From Macrostomum lignano (taxonomy: Eukaryota): DNA of 64,000 bases. Below, in pieces: positions 60,801 to 64,000 of this stretch. Location of the stretch: positions 1-64,000 of the forward strand of contig NIVC01002246.1 in assembly GCA_002269645.1 (NCBI GenBank). Direction: 5' to 3'. Positions within the stretch are counted from its first letter, which is position 1. Each line of letters starts with the position of its first letter. The notes beneath the pieces were generated by a model. The model was not told the origin of the DNA. It searched no databases and saw nothing but the letters and a program-made list of their open reading frames with translations. A program made the translations under genes and the position numbers.

Positions 60801-63778
60801 CGATCTATTAAATACACAAACGAAGACGCAAAAACTTTAATTTTGAAACAGTAAAACAAAATTGAAGAATATTAACAAAATTATGCTTATTAAGCTCGAT
60901 GTTTTAATTACCTCACAGAAATTTTTAAAAATAAAAAAGCAGTAAAACAAAAAGTAAATTTTAAGACTGTTGAAAACCTTAAAACCAAGAGTCCAAAATC
61001 TTAACAAAATGATACGCAAAGCTCGAAGTTTAGATTACCTCCACTTCCTACAAATAAAAATGTGTGAAATATTTTAATTGCTATCAGCGAATTAATTACT
61101 TCAAAAAATAATTATCAATCCAAGATACGTGAAACTTACATCGTACATTCCGAATATTAGACCTCTGCGAATCACCGTAATAGTGCACTGGAACATGTCG
61201 CTGCAGTAGTTGCCTTTCTCTTCGTCGAATATTTCTCTATAGTAGGCGAAACAGATCAGAGCGTAGATGTAGAATATGGCCAACGAGTAGATCATGACCC
61301 ACACCAAGGACAAGCCTGCGGAGTGGAGCGTGAGGAGAGGCGATTGAGTGACCAATAATGATCACTCATTTGAGTGATTAATCAGGAAAAGCTACAGAGT
61401 GACCAACCACACAAACTACAGAGTGACCAACCACCCAAACTTCAGAGTGACCACAGAGTGACGAATCACCCAAACTACAGAGTGACCACAGAGTGACCAA
61501 TCACCCAAACTACAGAGTGACCAATCACCCAAACTACAGAGTGACCAATCACCCAAACTACAGAGTGACCAATCACCCAAACTACAGAGTGACCAACCAC
61601 CCAGCTCACCATTTCTCGTGACAGCCTGGAAGACTCGCTTGAGCATCTGGTTGTGGTTGGCGATATGCAGCAAGTGAAAGGCGAAGAAGTAGCCGTGCAG
61701 CGGGGTGCCCAGCAGCGAGAAGGCCAGGAACATGATGTAATAAAAAGTTCCAAAGCTGAACACAGAAGTTTGCAAATTGCCTTGGATTTTGCTCAGCACA
61801 GCCACGGATGCCTTGGTCTCTATGCTGAGAATTCTGCTGTTTGTGCGGCCGGGAGAAATGTGGAGTGGGATTTTAGGATTGACTGCGAATTGAATTGTTG
61901 ATTAAAGATGAGTTAAGAGGCGCCAAAATGAGTTAAGAGGCGACAAAAATGAGTTAAGAGGCGCCAAGATGAGTTAAGAGGCGCCAAAATGAGTCAGAGG
62001 CGCCAAAATAAGTCAAGAGGCGCCAAAATGAGTTAAGAGGCACCAAAATGAGTTAAGAGGCACCAAAATGAGTTAAGAGGCGACAAAAATGGGTTAAGAG
62101 GCGCCAAAATGAGTTAAGAGGCGCCAAAATGAGTTAAGAGGCGCCAAAATAAGTCAAGAGGCGCCAAAATGAGTTAAGAGGCGACAAAAATGAGTTAAGA
62201 GGCGACAAAAATGAGTTAAGAGGCGCCAAGATGAGTTAAGAGGCGCCAAAATGAGTCAGAGGCGCCAAAATAAGTCAAGAGGCGCCAAAATGAGTTAAGA
62301 GGCACCAAAATGAGTTAAGAGGCACCAAAATGAGTTAAAAGGCGACAAAAATGAGTTAAGAGGCGCCAAAATGAGTTAAGAGGCGCCAAAATGAGTCAGA
62401 GGCGCCAAAATAAGTCAAGAGGCGCCAAAATGAGTTAAGAGGCGACAAAAATGAGTTAAGAGGCGCCAAAATGAGTTAAGAGGCGCCAAAATGAGTTAAG
62501 AGGCGCCAAAATGAGTCAGAGGCGCCAAAATAAGTCAAGAGGCGCCAAAATGAGTTAAGAGGCACCAAAATGAGTTAAGAGGCGCCAAAATAAGTTAAGA
62601 GGCGCCAAAAAGAGTTAAGAGGCGCCAATATGAGTTAAGAGGCGCCAAAAAGAGTTAAGAGGCGCCAAAATGAGTTAAGAGGCGCCAAAAAGAGTTAAGA
62701 GGCGCCAAAATGAGTTAAGAGGCGCCAAAAACAGTTAAGAGGCGCCAAAAAGAGTTAAGAGGCGCCTAAATGAGTTAAGAGGCGCCAAAAAGAGTTAAGA
62801 GGCGCCAAAATGAGTTAAGAGGCGCCAATATGAGTTAAGAGGCGCCAAAATGAGTTAAGAGGCGCCAAAAAGAGTTAAGAGGCGCCTAAATGAGTTAAGA
62901 GGCGCCAAAATGAGTTAAGAGGCGCCAAAATGAGTTAAGAGGCGCCTAAATGAGTTAAGAGGCGCCAAAATGAGTTAAGAGGCGCCAAAATGAGTTAAGA
63001 GGCGCCAAAATGAGTTAAGAGGCGCCAAAATGAGTCAGAGGCGCCAAAATCAGTCAAGAGGCGCCAAAATCAGTTAAGAGGCGCCAAAATAAGTTAAGAG
63101 GCGCCAAAATAAGTTAAGAGGCGCCAAAAATGAATTTAAAAGGCACCTAAAAAGAATTTAAAAGGCGCCAAAATGAATCAAGAGGCGCCAAAAATGAATT
63201 ACGGGGGGCGAAATTCGAGCAATGGGGCGGCAAAAAAGTGCAAAATTATTGTGTAAATGTGAAAGCTACGTTAGCCATAAATTAGAAATCAAAGTACATT
63301 ATTTTATAACAACTTATAGGCATACTCCTGAGGAAATACATACAAATTAGCCAATAAGAAATAACTTTTTGCATAATCATGGCGTATTTTTTGTAAAAAT
63401 TCCACTCGCACTACTCACCACCAGTAGGCGTTGACTTTTTCTCGAGTTGGCACGTACGGCTTATTGCAGAGAAAATAGCTGATAAGCACAAACAGGCTGA
63501 ATATGTTGTGCGCAATGCCCAGCACAAGCACCGCAGTGCTGTAGGGCTTCGGCCTGATGGGTATCGGGTTGCCCGCGTCGTTTGAAGCCTTCCACGTCGC
63601 TAGCACGATGCAGCAGATGATGAGGCTGAGCAGGATGCAGGCCATGTTGAATGCCTTCCAGCCGTGCACGAAGAATGCGCCAACTCGACTGCTGAGCACT
63701 CGTTTCTGCCACTGAATGTCGTTGATGATCTCCTTGAGCCAGTCGCAGAAGTCGCGCAGCTTGTTGGCTGCTGAGGAG
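57884..63778 (-). CDS. IP3R/RyR-family Ca2+ release channel-like gene, last 7 exons (TM region, pore, C2H2 finger, tail); continues off the right edge
   Basis: Exons 63778-63419, 61836-61610, 61315-61140, 60663-60436, 59098-58979, 58654-58517 and 58051-57884, with consistent phases. Motifs YFFAFHLLHI, FDISFFIIITTIGLNIVFGIIVDTFSELRD, CFICS..F..HIVEEHNQWAYLFF, LDFFP. The 60663 acceptor is the least certain. Confidence 0.9.
58070..58480. repeat. Intronic minisatellite, 30 bp (gcagagggtgtctgttggatgaggctgggg)
   Basis: Tandem copies in the last intron of the channel gene. Confidence 0.92.
59220..60330. repeat. Intronic minisatellite, about 31 bp (agtcactccaatcaccctgaagtttcccca)
   Basis: Tandem copies. 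Confidence 0.93.
61385..61605. repeat. Intronic minisatellite, 24 bp (cagagtgaccaatcacccaaacta)
   Basis: Tandem copies. Confidence 0.9.
61915..63195. repeat. Intronic minisatellite, 20 bp (gagttaagaggcgccaaaat)
   Basis: About 60 tandem copies. Confidence 0.95.
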
Positions 63779-64000
63779 CTGGAAACGGTTGATGAAGGAT
63801 GGTGGTGAGGCTGGAAACGGTTGATGAAGGATGGTGGTGAGGCTGGAAACGGTTGATGAAGGATGGTGGTGAGGCTGGAAACGGTTGATGAAGGATGGTG
63901 GTGAGGCTGGGAACGGTTGATGAACGATGGTGGTGAGGCTGGGAACGGTTGATGAAGGATGGTGGTGAGGCTGGAAACGGTTGATGAAGGATGGTGGTGA
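63779..64000. repeat. Intronic minisatellite, 32 bp (ggaaacggttgatgaaggatggtggtgaggct)
   Basis: Abuts the exon acceptor and runs off the window. Confidence 0.92.

Overview
Eukaryotic genomic DNA. GC-rich spliced exons, minisatellite-filled introns and AT-rich, TE-dense spacers resemble the flatworm Macrostomum; the species is an inference and is not proven. Host genes: (-) WRAP53/TCAB1, partial and running off the left edge; (-) a 4-exon, 898-aa multi-extended-Tudor gene; (-) a HIG1-domain gene; (+) RAB24; (+) an intronless low-complexity 425-aa ORF; (-) an unrecognised 113-aa basic protein built from three RxxT-helix repeats, whose first coding intron is 11 kb; and (-) the 3' part of an IP3R/RyR-family channel with a non-canonical pore signature. 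The mobile content is deeply nested. Two different Foldback/NOF-type (MULE) elements each have tandem-repeat inverted arms and a 9-bp TSD. The first (19910-31298) carries an EnSpm-like element, itself containing a tRNA-SINE, and an RTE-X LINE with an intact ORF2. The second (47118-54062) carries a Penelope fragment with a hammerhead-like motif, a second copy of the SINE and a solo LTR. Also present: a Gypsy pol relic interrupted by an RTE LINE, several MITEs, and a 62-bp 28S-rRNA-like fragment scrambled at the R2 target site. Scattered single-base frameshifts in homopolymers suggest long-read assembly noise, so some pseudogene appearances may be artefacts. All family assignments rest on recalled motifs; no database search was run. 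Exon and TSD coordinates were counted by hand and repeat boundaries are approximate.
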